From Candidatus Latescibacterota bacterium (GTDB taxonomy: Bacteria > Latescibacterota > UBA2968 > UBA8231): DNA of 64,000 nt. Position 1 is the first letter of the stretch. Each line of letters opens with the position of its first letter. The translations under genes and the position numbers were made by a program. A model generated the notes under the pieces. The model searched no databases and was not told the DNA's origin. It worked only from the letters and a program-made list of their open reading frames with translations. Below, piece by piece: positions 1-9,447 of the stretch. The DNA lies in the NCBI GenBank assembly GCA_965203175.1, contig OZ241867.1, forward strand, positions 1,440,001 through 1,504,000, read 5' to 3'.

Positions 1-466
1 GCGCGACTTGTCGCTCCTCATCCTCTTGGTCGAGGTGGTTGCGGTAGTGGCTACCGGGGACAACACCCGTGGGGCCGCGCTCGACTGGCGTGTCCTGCGG
101 ATAGTAAAAGGCCATGGCCCAGCGCAGCCGGTGGTGCCGCCGGCTCCAGCTATCCTTGTGCAGCCGCTGTCCCTCCGAACCCGGCTTGTTGAAATGGCAG
201 AACCGGTGCGGATGCAGATAGTACCCCGGCCCCAAAATACTGGTCAGGGCTCCCGCTACCTCGGGTTGGTCAAATACCTGCTGCAAGTCGGGAATGCGGG
301 GCAACAGATTATTGCCCGGATTGCCCTCGCTGGCCAAGACCTCCTCTACCTGCCCATAAACGGATCGGTGAAAATCCGCGGGCAAATCCGTTTTGACCAC
401 TGTATAACCATCGGCGATGAAAGACTGCATGCGGCTATCGTCTAACAAGATCGAGTCAGCACACAT
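1..466 (-). CDS. PhyH-family Fe(II)/2OG dioxygenase, 5' part (runs off window)
   Basis: Not in ORF track. Manual translation from ATG at 466 (GGAG upstream): MCADSILLDDSRMQSFIADGYTVV...QRLHKDSW...FYYPQDTPVERGPTGVVPGSHY. Has DGY, HxD and G..VVPGSH motifs. Confidence 0.85.
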   Translation of the reverse strand, partial: MCADSILLDDSRMQSFIADGYTVVKTDLPADFHRSVYGQVEEVLASEGNPGNNLLPRIPDLQQVFDQPEVAGALTSILGPGYYLHPHRFCHFNKPGSEGQRLHKDSWSRRHHRLRWAMAFYYPQDTPVERGPTGVVPGSHYRNHLDQEDEERQVA

Positions 467-481
467 AGCAAAGCTCCTCGT

Positions 482-1324
482 TTAGTGCGTGAGCGCCTCT
501 CCCGGCATCCGATTCCAAGGCACGGGTGCGACGGTGCCCTCATAGGTAGGCAAGAAATCGGCAACCCGTGCTCTATCTTCGTCGTCCCAACCGACCCATT
601 CGCGGGGGCGGGCGATGGCAGCGCGGAGGCCGTCGGATAGCAGGTCGAAATAAGGGAAATACCACAGGGTAATGACGGTGCGGTGCTGGGCCGATTTATT
701 GGCATGAGCCGAGTGCAGCAGCCGCGAGTCGCCGATGACCACATCGCCCGCCGCCACGGGTACGTCCACCTCTTCGGGAATCGACTGATAGGCCGGATGG
801 TCGGGATCGGCCACGCGGCGGAGTTCGTCGGTGTGGGCATCGGGCACCTCGTCGTGCATGCGGTGGCGCTGCAGATGCGAGCCGCGCAACAGGCGCAGGC
901 AGCCGTTATGGGGCGTAGTATCGACGAGATAGTACATTAGGAAAAGCTGCTGAGGCAGGGGCGTATAACTCGAAGGATCGTCCCAGCCCCACCAGTCCTG
1001 ATGCCAAAACAGCGCCGGACTGTTGGGCGGTTTGCTGATGACGTAGCCAGACATCCATCGAGGGCGCAAAAAGCCCAAGGTTTCGAGCGCGGCACGGGCG
1101 GGCGGATAGGCGACGAGTTCGGCGAAGATGGGGTGGACACCGACATCGATCATGCTGCCGGTGGAGCGCTGTTGGGCGCGGATTTCTTGGCCTTGAGCGT
1201 CGAGCAGTTGGTCGGTGACTTGGCGCAGGCGACAGAGAATCTCGTCGTCGAGGACGTCTCCTATCAAACAATAGCCGTCGCGGATGAGTTGGTCGAAGTT
1301 TTCTTTGGGGTCTTGTAGAGGCAT
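482..1324 (-). CDS. PhyH-family dioxygenase
   Basis: DGY start, WHQD, NGCLRLLRGSH and LLHSAHANKS..R motifs. Confidence 0.9.
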   Translation of the reverse strand: MPLQDPKENFDQLIRDGYCLIGDVLDDEILCRLRQVTDQLLDAQGQEIRAQQRSTGSMIDVGVHPIFAELVAYPPARAALETLGFLRPRWMSGYVISKPPNSPALFWHQDWWGWDDPSSYTPLPQQLFLMYYLVDTTPHNGCLRLLRGSHLQRHRMHDEVPDAHTDELRRVADPDHPAYQSIPEEVDVPVAAGDVVIGDSRLLHSAHANKSAQHRTVITLWYFPYFDLLSDGLRAAIARPREWVGWDDEDRARVADFLPTYEGTVAPVPWNRMPGEALTH

Positions 1325-1417
1325 CGGCGGCGTTCCCCTCGGTCTATCGGTTATCGCTAGTAGGCAACGTAAGGCATCAGTCGGGCATTGTCCACAAAGA
1401 AGCCGACATACAACCCC

Positions 1418-3577
1418 TCAGCCAATGCCGAAAACTACATTGCCCATCTTACCGGTGAAATAATCGATCACCACCCAGAGCCCGTTGCACAGCGCCTCGC
1501 CCATGATCAGCCCCAAGAAAAAAGTCTCGCTGGCGCGATAGACGGAGGCCCCACCGAAGCGCAAAATGGCTTTTTTAACCGACCAAGCGATAAAAACGCT
1601 AAACCAGATGTGGTTCATCAGCATGTTGGCTCCAATGGGAAATCCGACCGGGTGAAAAGGCCACCACAACAGCCGCTGGCGCACCCAAGTCAACAGCAGC
1701 ATCACCAGCCCGCCCCCGGCGAAAAAGCCCAAGCCCTGCCAATACACTCCCGAGGGCTCTAAATTGTGCACGGCTCGGTCGAAAATGGTCGATGGCCCGC
1801 TCTTAAAGCGCCAGCCATCCAAGTTGATGCCACCGTGGATATGCACCAAGTGGAAGACCATCCAACACGAACCCACCGCGCCGATCAATAGGGCTAGGAC
1901 AACACCCCAAAAGACATAGCGCCGACTTTTGCGGTCCATCTCCTCAATTAGCTTGAGTCCATTAGCTAACACCGCCATGACGAAGATGCGGATATCGCCG
2001 CACCAAATATAGGCCAGCGACAAATTGAATACCCCGTTGGCTCCCACTAACTGCGAACCCAGCCCTTGCATGACCAAGTCCGGCGCAATCATAGGGGATC
2101 GCACTGCGGCCAGACCAGCCTCGGCCACCACCCGGGTGATACCGACGAAGATCAGCACGGCGAGCCCCACAAAAAGCAGCGCTACCCACAACTTGGTGCC
2201 CATAATCCACAGCCAAATACTCATGGCAATGCTGCCTCCCACCAAGCCGATGACAGCGCTGCGGTACGACATAATCTCGTCGCTGTCGTCAACCTCTGGG
2301 GCTCGTCCCAGGGCCTTGGCGAGGACGGCCTTGAGATGCGCTCGGCCGATCCAAAAACCCAGCAACACCATGGCGATTAAGGCACCGCCTCCCTGATAGG
2401 CCAAAAGAGCGTGCTCGTGGACTCCGTACACAAAGCGCTGATCGGCCTGTACCCCGGTGACCAACAAGGTTTCGTATTCGACTTTGGACAGCAAGTGGAA
2501 TAGCCACAAACCCGCCGCCACCTGCGTATTGATCAAATAGGAAAAACCGATCATGGCAAAACGAACGGAGAACTGCAAATTTTGCTGACCGACAAAGGGC
2601 AAACTCCAGTGCAAGTTTAAGGCGGGCACCGACGCATCGTAGTGGTGCAGGGCCGTCATCGACCCGACTAGCAGCGGAATGGCCGCCCCGCACCAAAAGG
2701 CCCGCTTGCGGAACAAGCCGTTGACCAGGCCCTCTTTCTCCTCGCCGGCCACTAGGGCCAGTCCCACTTGGGTCAGCGGATAGGCCAAGCGTTCGCGCTC
2801 CATCCACTGCCGTCGCAAAATCACCGCGGCCGAGACCATGGCTGCGTACAGAGCCAGCAGGAAAATCGCCCACCAGCACAAAGGCTCAACCCAAGCTCCA
2901 TAGTTGATTTCGAGCCCGGCTACTCCTTCGTAAAAGGCCCTATTCTCCCACCCGTCGTTGACCAACACTTGGTGCGGCGGCAGATGCGGCAGCAGCTTTT
3001 CCAGCCATTTATTTTCGGGTGAGGCGTAGTAAAAGAAGGCTGTGATACCCGGCAGCAACTGCTGGCTCATCCCCATAGTGCATAGGGCCGAAACCACTAA
3101 CAGCATGACATATACCAGCACTAACTCGGCCCGGTTGAGCACTAAGGTGAGCCCGTTCCAGACTAAAAGCAGATTGATCAGGATGGAAGAGACGATAAAC
3201 AGGTTGAACAACAGGCCGGGCGAATGAAAGTCCAATTCGCCCCGGGGACCGTACCAAGCGAGGAACAGTCCCACAGCGCCCACGGCCGCGACCAAGGCTC
3301 GCTCCCGACTGCGCCCCACTACCTTGAACAACACATTGAGCAGGCCGATCAACACCAAAAAGAGGAAAATGGCCCCTGGCGTATTGAAGTCGAAAGCCAT
3401 GACCGTGGAACGCATGGCCATGCGTACATAAGGAGCCCCCACCGCCAAGTACAGACTTAAAAAAGCCCCCACCCAAAGACCGCGGGCCGACAGCCCAAAG
3501 CGGCCGTTTCTCTGGTCCAGCAAAGAGTCCCGGTCTTTTAGATATCTGTGGTATGTCCGGGAAAGCTCTTTTTTCAA
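1418..3577 (-). CDS. Polytopic membrane protein, DUF6785/DUF6784-like (putative peptide transporter)
   Basis: About 18-20 hydrophobic segments; RRQWMERERLAYPL, TRVVAEAG, WWPFHPVG and FFLGLIMGE motifs; paralog of 23761..25710. Confidence 0.75.
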   Translation of the reverse strand: MKKELSRTYHRYLKDRDSLLDQRNGRFGLSARGLWVGAFLSLYLAVGAPYVRMAMRSTVMAFDFNTPGAIFLFLVLIGLLNVLFKVVGRSRERALVAAVGAVGLFLAWYGPRGELDFHSPGLLFNLFIVSSILINLLLVWNGLTLVLNRAELVLVYVMLLVVSALCTMGMSQQLLPGITAFFYYASPENKWLEKLLPHLPPHQVLVNDGWENRAFYEGVAGLEINYGAWVEPLCWWAIFLLALYAAMVSAAVILRRQWMERERLAYPLTQVGLALVAGEEKEGLVNGLFRKRAFWCGAAIPLLVGSMTALHHYDASVPALNLHWSLPFVGQQNLQFSVRFAMIGFSYLINTQVAAGLWLFHLLSKVEYETLLVTGVQADQRFVYGVHEHALLAYQGGGALIAMVLLGFWIGRAHLKAVLAKALGRAPEVDDSDEIMSYRSAVIGLVGGSIAMSIWLWIMGTKLWVALLFVGLAVLIFVGITRVVAEAGLAAVRSPMIAPDLVMQGLGSQLVGANGVFNLSLAYIWCGDIRIFVMAVLANGLKLIEEMDRKSRRYVFWGVVLALLIGAVGSCWMVFHLVHIHGGINLDGWRFKSGPSTIFDRAVHNLEPSGVYWQGLGFFAGGGLVMLLLTWVRQRLLWWPFHPVGFPIGANMLMNHIWFSVFIAWSVKKAILRFGGASVYRASETFFLGLIMGEALCNGLWVVIDYFTGKMGNVVFGIG

Positions 3578-3722
3578 CGGGGATCCTTTCGGCCGGGAGA
3601 AGACCGCGCAATAGTCTACAAATTTATCTCTATGCTCGTGCGCGAGCCCGGCTCACTCCCCGCTTCCTCGCCAATTCAGGTCGCTGCTGGTATAGCTATC
3701 AGTGTACTGCTGCAAATGCGCA

Positions 3723-3822
3723 GGCGGATAGGCGACGAGTTCGGCGAAAATGGGGTGGACACCGACATCAATCATGCTGCCGGTGGAGCTTGTCGGGCGC
3801 GAATTTCTTGGCTTTGAGCGTC
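3723..3822 (-). repeat. ~100-bp degenerate copy of an internal PhyH segment (1101..1201)
   Basis: ggcggataggcgacgagttcggcgaa...ttgagcgtc occurs at both sites, with a few substitutions and a 1-nt indel. Confidence 0.9.
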
Positions 3823-3843
3823 TGCTACAATACATTGCACAGA

Positions 3844-4968
3844 ATGAGTCGCGTTATGAAATCAATGCAGGAGTACGCTGCTTACGTACTTCTATCCATA
3901 TCTATTCTTTCTTTTCGATCCACGCTCGAGGCCCAAGTTGGCATAGAAGCCGAAGTACTGCCTTGGCCCTTAGCGTCTAAAGCGGCAGTTAGTATCACCT
4001 TTGACGATGCCTATATCTCCCATGTTAGTCGGGCGATGCCTCTCTTGGAAAACCACGGATTTCGCGGCACGTTCTTTTTGATCGTCGACAAGTTATTTCG
4101 CCAGGGCAAATACATAAACCACAGACCTTCCGCTCCTATCTCCGAGTGGCAAGCCGCCGCCGCAAGGGGACATGAAATGGCTAGCCACACTGTTAGTCAC
4201 GTACCATTGGACGCGATAGAAGTCCAGCAAATGAGGACTGAACTCATCAATTCTAAAGCCATATTAGATTCGCTGTTTTTAGGCGAACCGGTCGTCAGCT
4301 TGGCCTATCCATTTTCGCGAACCAATGCCGCTGTCGCCGCAGTGGCCAGTTCAATCTACCAGAGCGGTAGGGCCGGGCCGCCTACGGACGGAAGTACCGT
4401 ATATAACGATCCGGCGACGGTCGATTTGATGTCGGTGAAAGCGTTTTTCCCATGTAGCACAGTCGCACAATGGCATAGCGCAGTCGAGCGTACAATCGCT
4501 GGCAACGGCTGGCTAGTTGAAGCATTACATCCGATTGACGAACCAGGATTTTGTCGAGTAGCCACCGAGGATTTTGCCGATCACTTGCATTATCTATCCC
4601 AGCAGCATCCAGCACTCTGGGTCGCGCCGGTGCGAGACGTCGTTGAGCGAATTCGGCAGTGGCGCACTGTAGAATTACAAATAGAAAGCATCGCTAAAAA
4701 AGTGTATCAACTGCGTATTATAGGAGCACACAGCGACCAGCCCGATTGGCAGGTAGCACTATACCTAAACGACCCTCATCTATGGGGGGTTGAAGAAGAA
4801 AATGGACAGATCGTACCTAGCAATACGGAGGAAGATGCTCTTGTCTTCTCTTGGCCTCAACATCGGGCGAATGACCTATTGTTCTTGCGACCTAAAGACC
4901 AGACCCACATAGCCCAATATAGTTGGGGTAGATTGAAACATGCTATCCGCAAACGACCGGAGCATTAA
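3844..4968 (+). CDS. Secreted polysaccharide deacetylase (NodB/CE4) with SWGRLK tail
   Basis: SITFDDA, HEMASHTVSH and LAYPF motifs; signal-like N-terminus. The true start is probably 3844-3865, not 3553. Confidence 0.85.
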   Translation: MSRVMKSMQEYAAYVLLSISILSFRSTLEAQVGIEAEVLPWPLASKAAVSITFDDAYISHVSRAMPLLENHGFRGTFFLIVDKLFRQGKYINHRPSAPISEWQAAAARGHEMASHTVSHVPLDAIEVQQMRTELINSKAILDSLFLGEPVVSLAYPFSRTNAAVAAVASSIYQSGRAGPPTDGSTVYNDPATVDLMSVKAFFPCSTVAQWHSAVERTIAGNGWLVEALHPIDEPGFCRVATEDFADHLHYLSQQHPALWVAPVRDVVERIRQWRTVELQIESIAKKVYQLRIIGAHSDQPDWQVALYLNDPHLWGVEEENGQIVPSNTEEDALVFSWPQHRANDLLFLRPKDQTHIAQYSWGRLKHAIRKRPEH

Positions 4969-4992
4969 ATTTGTATCCACTGCGACTTTCAC
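4960..4992 (-). pseudogene. Stub of a PIN-domain (VapC-like) toxin
   Basis: GTG overlapping the upstream TGA gives MKVAVDTNL, typical of a PIN N-terminus; the frame then runs antisense into the deacetylase 3' end. Confidence 0.55.
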
Positions 4993-5147
4993 TTTGTCGC
5001 TCGGACCCGGGAAACGGCGGCAATAATATCCGACCGTTTCATTCCGACTTGCCTAGCTTGGCGGCGTGCTTTGGCAATCATGCGGTCAAAATCGCGCATA
5101 GAGGGCGTCTGGATGGTCTTGAGAATGATAATTTTGTCTTCGCTCAT
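4989..5147 (-). pseudogene. C-terminal half of an AbrB/MazE-type antitoxin (52 aa)
   Basis: Manual translation MSEDKIIILKTIQTPSMRDFDRMIAKARRQARQVGMKRSDIIAAVSRVRATK resembles tails of AbrB-family antitoxins paired with PIN toxins; the N-terminal SKGQ motif is absent. Confidence 0.6.
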
Positions 5148-5177
5148 GACGTGGCACACTGTGCCTTCTGGCTGCTC

Positions 5178-5420
5178 CTATTGTGGGGGACTCTGTTGAA
5201 AGCGAGTTCGAGCATTGGGAAGCGTAATGCCGACAAGACGGCTGTCGCGATAGTGGTAAATATTTCCATCCTCTTCCATCACGCTGTCATTGGCGCACTG
5301 AGGTTTTTCAAAACTGAGATACAATACATCAGCCCCTTCATCATAGTCGCTCCAAATTTGTGAATAGGGCAAGCGCAACAGCTCAGGGACAAATGTCAGG
5401 TCAATGCTGGACGTATCCAT
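5178..5420 (-). CDS. DUF2283-family protein (putative antitoxin)
   Basis: YDEGADVLYLSF...LVGIT signature; 80 aa; overlaps the upstream gene. Confidence 0.8.
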   Translation of the reverse strand: MDTSSIDLTFVPELLRLPYSQIWSDYDEGADVLYLSFEKPQCANDSVMEEDGNIYHYRDSRLVGITLPNARTRFQQSPPQ

Positions 5421-5743
5421 ATCGCATCTCTCCTGCGAGTAATTTTATCCGGCCTCGACGTTAAAAATGCCATAATGATGAATCCATCTTCTTCATCGCG
5501 ATATATGGCGACACAGGTCTTTTCAGTAATGTTGGTTGCATCGTAATATCGCAATGCAATCGTCGCTCCCAAATCCCCAGTGACTAAGCGATCCGGGTCT
5601 GTAACTGTTTCGAGCACCTTCTCCTGATTTCCGGCCATGTAATCATGCGACTCTGTGATGTGAACCCATTGCTTATGGGTCAATCGTACAGTATGCCGGT
5701 CGATAGAAGGCACCGTTGACAAGATAACATCTTCAGGTGACAT
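5396..5743 (-). CDS. Small putative toxin, RelE/DUF4258-like partner of DUF2283
   Basis: VRLTHKQWVHITESH...DPD...GFIIMAF pattern; coupled to the DUF2283 gene; lower GC. Confidence 0.65.
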   Translation of the reverse strand: MSPEDVILSTVPSIDRHTVRLTHKQWVHITESHDYMAGNQEKVLETVTDPDRLVTGDLGATIALRYYDATNITEKTCVAIYRDEEDGFIIMAFLTSRPDKITRRRDAIWIRPALT

Positions 5744-5775
5744 AGAATCAGAAAAAATAAAATACTACCCTGCCG

Positions 5776-6639
5776 TCAAACACTTTCGGCCACCATCTCC
5801 CCTTGGCGCGAGCGCTCCTGCAAGTCGTAGAGCGAGGAAATAGCGTCCTTGTACAGCGGGATGGGAAAAGAGCGCTCCTCAAAGCGCGCTGCGTGTGGGA
5901 TCCGGCCGCGCACTAGACGCGCATTGGCCTCGGTCTTATACGTCATCTCGCCAGTGTAAATCGGGAACGCATCGGCGGCGCGGTAGCTGAGGATCAGCGT
6001 GCGCCGTGGCTTGTCGGAGACATTGGCAATGGAAGCATGGGGAGTCATCGCATGCATGAAGATGACCGTGCCCGCTTCGCCGGGGATCGGCACGGCTAGC
6101 GATTGATCAACCACTTCGGTAACCCGACCTTGAAAAAACCCATCAGTGCTATGAGATAGCAGGTCAGCCCGATGGCGGCGGGGGATGACTTGCAGGCAGC
6201 CGTTTCCAACAGTCGCGTCGTCGAGATAAAAGAGGATACTCACCGACCCGCGATGGGTCAGCGGGTAGTAGGAAAGGTCCTGGTGCCACTCGACGGGCGA
6301 GCCAACGCCGGCCGGTTTCATGTTAATCTTGCTGTAGTGGAAGACCAAGTTCGGGCCGAGCAGGGCTTCGACCGCGTCGAGGAGCCGCTCCGATTGGGCG
6401 AATTCCCGGAAGACCTCGTAGTGACTACAAGGCTCGTACAGGCGACGGACCTGCGTGCCGTCAGGAGGCTGGTTAGGCTCCATCTCCATCAGGGTAACGT
6501 CGTGGTTGGCGAGCGTATTGCCAGCGCTGACGGCGTCCATCTCGCGCAGGAAAGCCGCGACCTCCTCGGCGCTGAGGAAGCCGGGCACAGCGACGTAGCC
6601 TTCGGTGTGGTAGTGTTCAACTTGTGCGGTGGTCAACAT
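5776..6639 (-). CDS. PhyH-family dioxygenase
   Basis: EGY, WHQD, NGCLQVIP and HASIANVSDKPRR motifs. Confidence 0.9.
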   Translation of the reverse strand: MLTTAQVEHYHTEGYVAVPGFLSAEEVAAFLREMDAVSAGNTLANHDVTLMEMEPNQPPDGTQVRRLYEPCSHYEVFREFAQSERLLDAVEALLGPNLVFHYSKINMKPAGVGSPVEWHQDLSYYPLTHRGSVSILFYLDDATVGNGCLQVIPRRHRADLLSHSTDGFFQGRVTEVVDQSLAVPIPGEAGTVIFMHAMTPHASIANVSDKPRRTLILSYRAADAFPIYTGEMTYKTEANARLVRGRIPHAARFEERSFPIPLYKDAISSLYDLQERSRQGEMVAESV

Positions 6640-6652
6640 GGTTGGTTCCTCC

Positions 6653-7396
6653 TTACCATTTTTCGATAGCGCCCATCAGCATTTTCTGCTGGTCGGTACC
6701 CGTTTCGCGAACTTTCTGCGCAAAAGGGCCGTCGAAGGGCTCGCGGGATTTCATCCAAGCGGTCTGGTAGCACATCAGGCAGACGCGGCGGCGCACCGCC
6801 GAACGATTGGCCGCGCCTCGGTGGTAGAGGCAGCCGTCGAACATCACCGCCTGACCCGGCCGGGCGAAAACCCACTTCTCCTCCGGGAAGCGCGGATGCC
6901 CCTCGGGCGGGCGGAAGGGGGCGCGGTGGCTGCCAGGGACGAGGACAATGGCGCCGTTGTCCTCGTCTAATTCGTCCAAGTAGTAGCCGCAGTTGATCTG
7001 ACCGGGCAATGCGCCGTAGGGCGTGCCGTCGGGATCAATGGGCCAGGGCACGTCGCGGTGCCAGTTCTGCTCCTCCTGTCCCGGCTCGGTAATGCGGGCC
7101 GTGGCACTGTGGAGCTGGACGCAGGTGCCCAGAATGGCCTGCATCCTCTCCAGCACGGGCGGATTGTCGAGCAGGAAGGCAAAGTCCTCGTCCTCTTCGA
7201 GCAGCTGGTGGATAAACTGCCTGCTGTCCTCGCGCGCGCAAGCCGCGTCGAGAGCCGTGCGCAGGGTCTCGACCTGCGCCCCGGTGATGGCGTCTTCGAC
7301 GACGAGGTAGCCCCACTTGCGAAAGAAAGCCACATCCTCGGCGATTTCGGGCGTCAGCTTGGGATTGAGGTGCTGCGGATAGGGCGGTTGCGCCAT
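6653..7396 (-). CDS. PhyH-family dioxygenase
   Basis: WGY, WHRD, NGAIVLVPGSH and HRGAANRS..RR motifs; start MAQPP with AGGAG upstream. Confidence 0.9.
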   Translation of the reverse strand: MAQPPYPQHLNPKLTPEIAEDVAFFRKWGYLVVEDAITGAQVETLRTALDAACAREDSRQFIHQLLEEDEDFAFLLDNPPVLERMQAILGTCVQLHSATARITEPGQEEQNWHRDVPWPIDPDGTPYGALPGQINCGYYLDELDEDNGAIVLVPGSHRAPFRPPEGHPRFPEEKWVFARPGQAVMFDGCLYHRGAANRSAVRRRVCLMCYQTAWMKSREPFDGPFAQKVRETGTDQQKMLMGAIEKW

Positions 7397-7602
7397 GTTT
7401 TTCGCAGTACTCCTGTGTGCATTGCAGTCGTCGGCTGGCAAAATACATATTGCGCGGCAAGTCTTTTGTCAACGAAATGACAGCGACGCTTAGTTGACCT
7501 TGCGCTGGCCATGACGCTCATTACGGGGCACGAACTCGCGGTTTGGCGGTGCAAAATTGTACCGGCAGACGCACACAGTCTATTTACCCAAAGGAGCGAT
7601 CC

Positions 7603-9354
7603 ATGAGCTATCTAAATCCCCGCGCCATCGCCATTGACACGCCAATGCCTCCACCCGCTTGGGCGCTGCTGGAGTGGGAACTAATTCGGGCGCAAACTAG
7701 GGGATGCACGGAATTTTTCGCCAAATACTTCGACGAACGGGGGTATTTAGAATGCATTCCGCGCTGGGGCGGCAACGATGGGCCGGACGACGCCATCGAG
7801 AACCTAGTCCACTGGCCCGTGCTCTACACACTGGGAGGTGGGGCCCATCTGTACGATATGTGCCAGTTGGCATGGGAGGGGCATCTCAAGCAATACACCG
7901 AGGCCAAGACCACGGAGGTCCCTTTTACCCGGGACGGGATGTACTACCGCGAATTCCCAGTGATGTTCGACTGGGTACACAACGGGGAAGGGCTGACGAC
8001 GTTCAACCTGCACGGGTTGATGAACCCACGCGAGCAGGCCTTTGAGCAGCGGGTGCGGCGCTACGCAGGATTTTACATGGGCGACGACCCGCAGGCACCC
8101 AACTACGATCCCGAACACAAAATCATCAAGAGCCTGTTCAACGGCAGCCGCGGACCGCTGCTGCGCAAGGCCACGGCGCTCGACTGGGCCGGCGACCCGC
8201 TCGACGAGGTGCAGGAGCGCTTCATTCCCCTGCACGGAGAGCGCAACTTCGAGGAGATGCTGGCCCACTTCAAAGACTATACCGATGTTGTCGGCGACCA
8301 TCCGCAGAACATGGTGGCGACGGCCTTGGGGCTGAACGCGTACGCGCTGACGGGCGAGGACCAATACAAGGACTGGGTGCTCGAATACGTCGAGGCTTGG
8401 CGGCAGCGCACGCTCGCCAACGATGGGATCATTCCCACTAATATCGGACTCGATGGGACCATCGGCGGCGAGTGCGACGGCAAGTGGTACGGAGGGTGTT
8501 ACGGCTGGGCCTTTACCGTCGAGGTGCCCCAGACTGGGGCGATGGCCAGCCGCAATACGCACGGGCTGGGGATTTCGGGATTTGGCAATGCGCTGTTGCT
8601 GTCGGGCGAGCAGCAATTCGTCGATGTGTGGCGGCAGATGATCGACAAAATCAACGCCAACGGAAAAGAAATCGACGGGCAAATGATGTACCCGCATATG
8701 TACGGAGACGACGGCTGGTACGAGTTCCAGCCGGCAAAGTACGCGCACGGAGCACAAGAGGTGTACTACTGGTCGATGGACCGGGCCGATCTGAGTCGGC
8801 TAAACGCGGACAGCGGCTGGTTCGGCTTCTTGGAGGGACGCGACTCCACCTATCCAGAAGCGGCGCTACAGGCCGACTTTGCCCGTCTCCGCGAGCAGAT
8901 GGAAAAGGTGCGCCGCGATCCAACGACGCCGGACACCCGACTGTCGGACAATCCCAACCCATTCAATCCGGCCATCCCGGGCGGGCTGACCCAGCTCATG
9001 TTGGGCGGACTGACGCCGCGCCACGGCTCGCCGCTGCACTGCCGAGTGCGCTACTTCGATCCGCAGGCCGGGCGGGCGGGAATGCCCGAGGGCGTGGGGG
9101 CACTAGTGGAACGGCTCGGTGCCGACTCCATGACGCTGACGCTGGTAAACACAGACCCAGTGGCCGGGCGCGAAGTAATCGTACAGGGCGGAGCCTACGC
9201 CGAACACCAGTTTACGAGCGTGCGCGTAGGCGGGAAGGAAACCGCGATAGAGGACTCGGCTTTTGCCGTGGAGCTAGCGCCGGGAGCTGGAGAGACCTTG
9301 GAGATCGGGATGCGGCGCTATGCCAATGGGCCGACGTTTGCGTTTCCTTTATGA
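7603..9354 (+). CDS. Hypothetical protein (~583 aa), possible alpha/alpha-toroid enzyme
   Basis: Strong codon bias; AAGGAG before ATG 7603; rich in W/Y/D; no motif I can assign. Confidence 0.7.
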   Translation: MSYLNPRAIAIDTPMPPPAWALLEWELIRAQTRGCTEFFAKYFDERGYLECIPRWGGNDGPDDAIENLVHWPVLYTLGGGAHLYDMCQLAWEGHLKQYTEAKTTEVPFTRDGMYYREFPVMFDWVHNGEGLTTFNLHGLMNPREQAFEQRVRRYAGFYMGDDPQAPNYDPEHKIIKSLFNGSRGPLLRKATALDWAGDPLDEVQERFIPLHGERNFEEMLAHFKDYTDVVGDHPQNMVATALGLNAYALTGEDQYKDWVLEYVEAWRQRTLANDGIIPTNIGLDGTIGGECDGKWYGGCYGWAFTVEVPQTGAMASRNTHGLGISGFGNALLLSGEQQFVDVWRQMIDKINANGKEIDGQMMYPHMYGDDGWYEFQPAKYAHGAQEVYYWSMDRADLSRLNADSGWFGFLEGRDSTYPEAALQADFARLREQMEKVRRDPTTPDTRLSDNPNPFNPAIPGGLTQLMLGGLTPRHGSPLHCRVRYFDPQAGRAGMPEGVGALVERLGADSMTLTLVNTDPVAGREVIVQGGAYAEHQFTSVRVGGKETAIEDSAFAVELAPGAGETLEIGMRRYANGPTFAFPL

Positions 9355-9447
9355 GAAAGCAGCCTAGGGAGCGATGCGATGGATTTAGAGTCCCTATCAA
9401 AACCCAAGGATGAGCCTTTTCGAAACGTGGGCATCTCGCAGCCATTC

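Noticed and set aside
1101-3822. Repeat pair as a diversity-generating retroelement TR/VR
   Set aside because: No reverse transcriptase in the window; differences are not confined to adenines on one strand and include an indel; the target is mid-gene in PhyH.
9385-9402. TTAGAGTCCCTATCAAAA resembling an IS end
   Set aside because: No matching inverted partner or transposase remnant was found.
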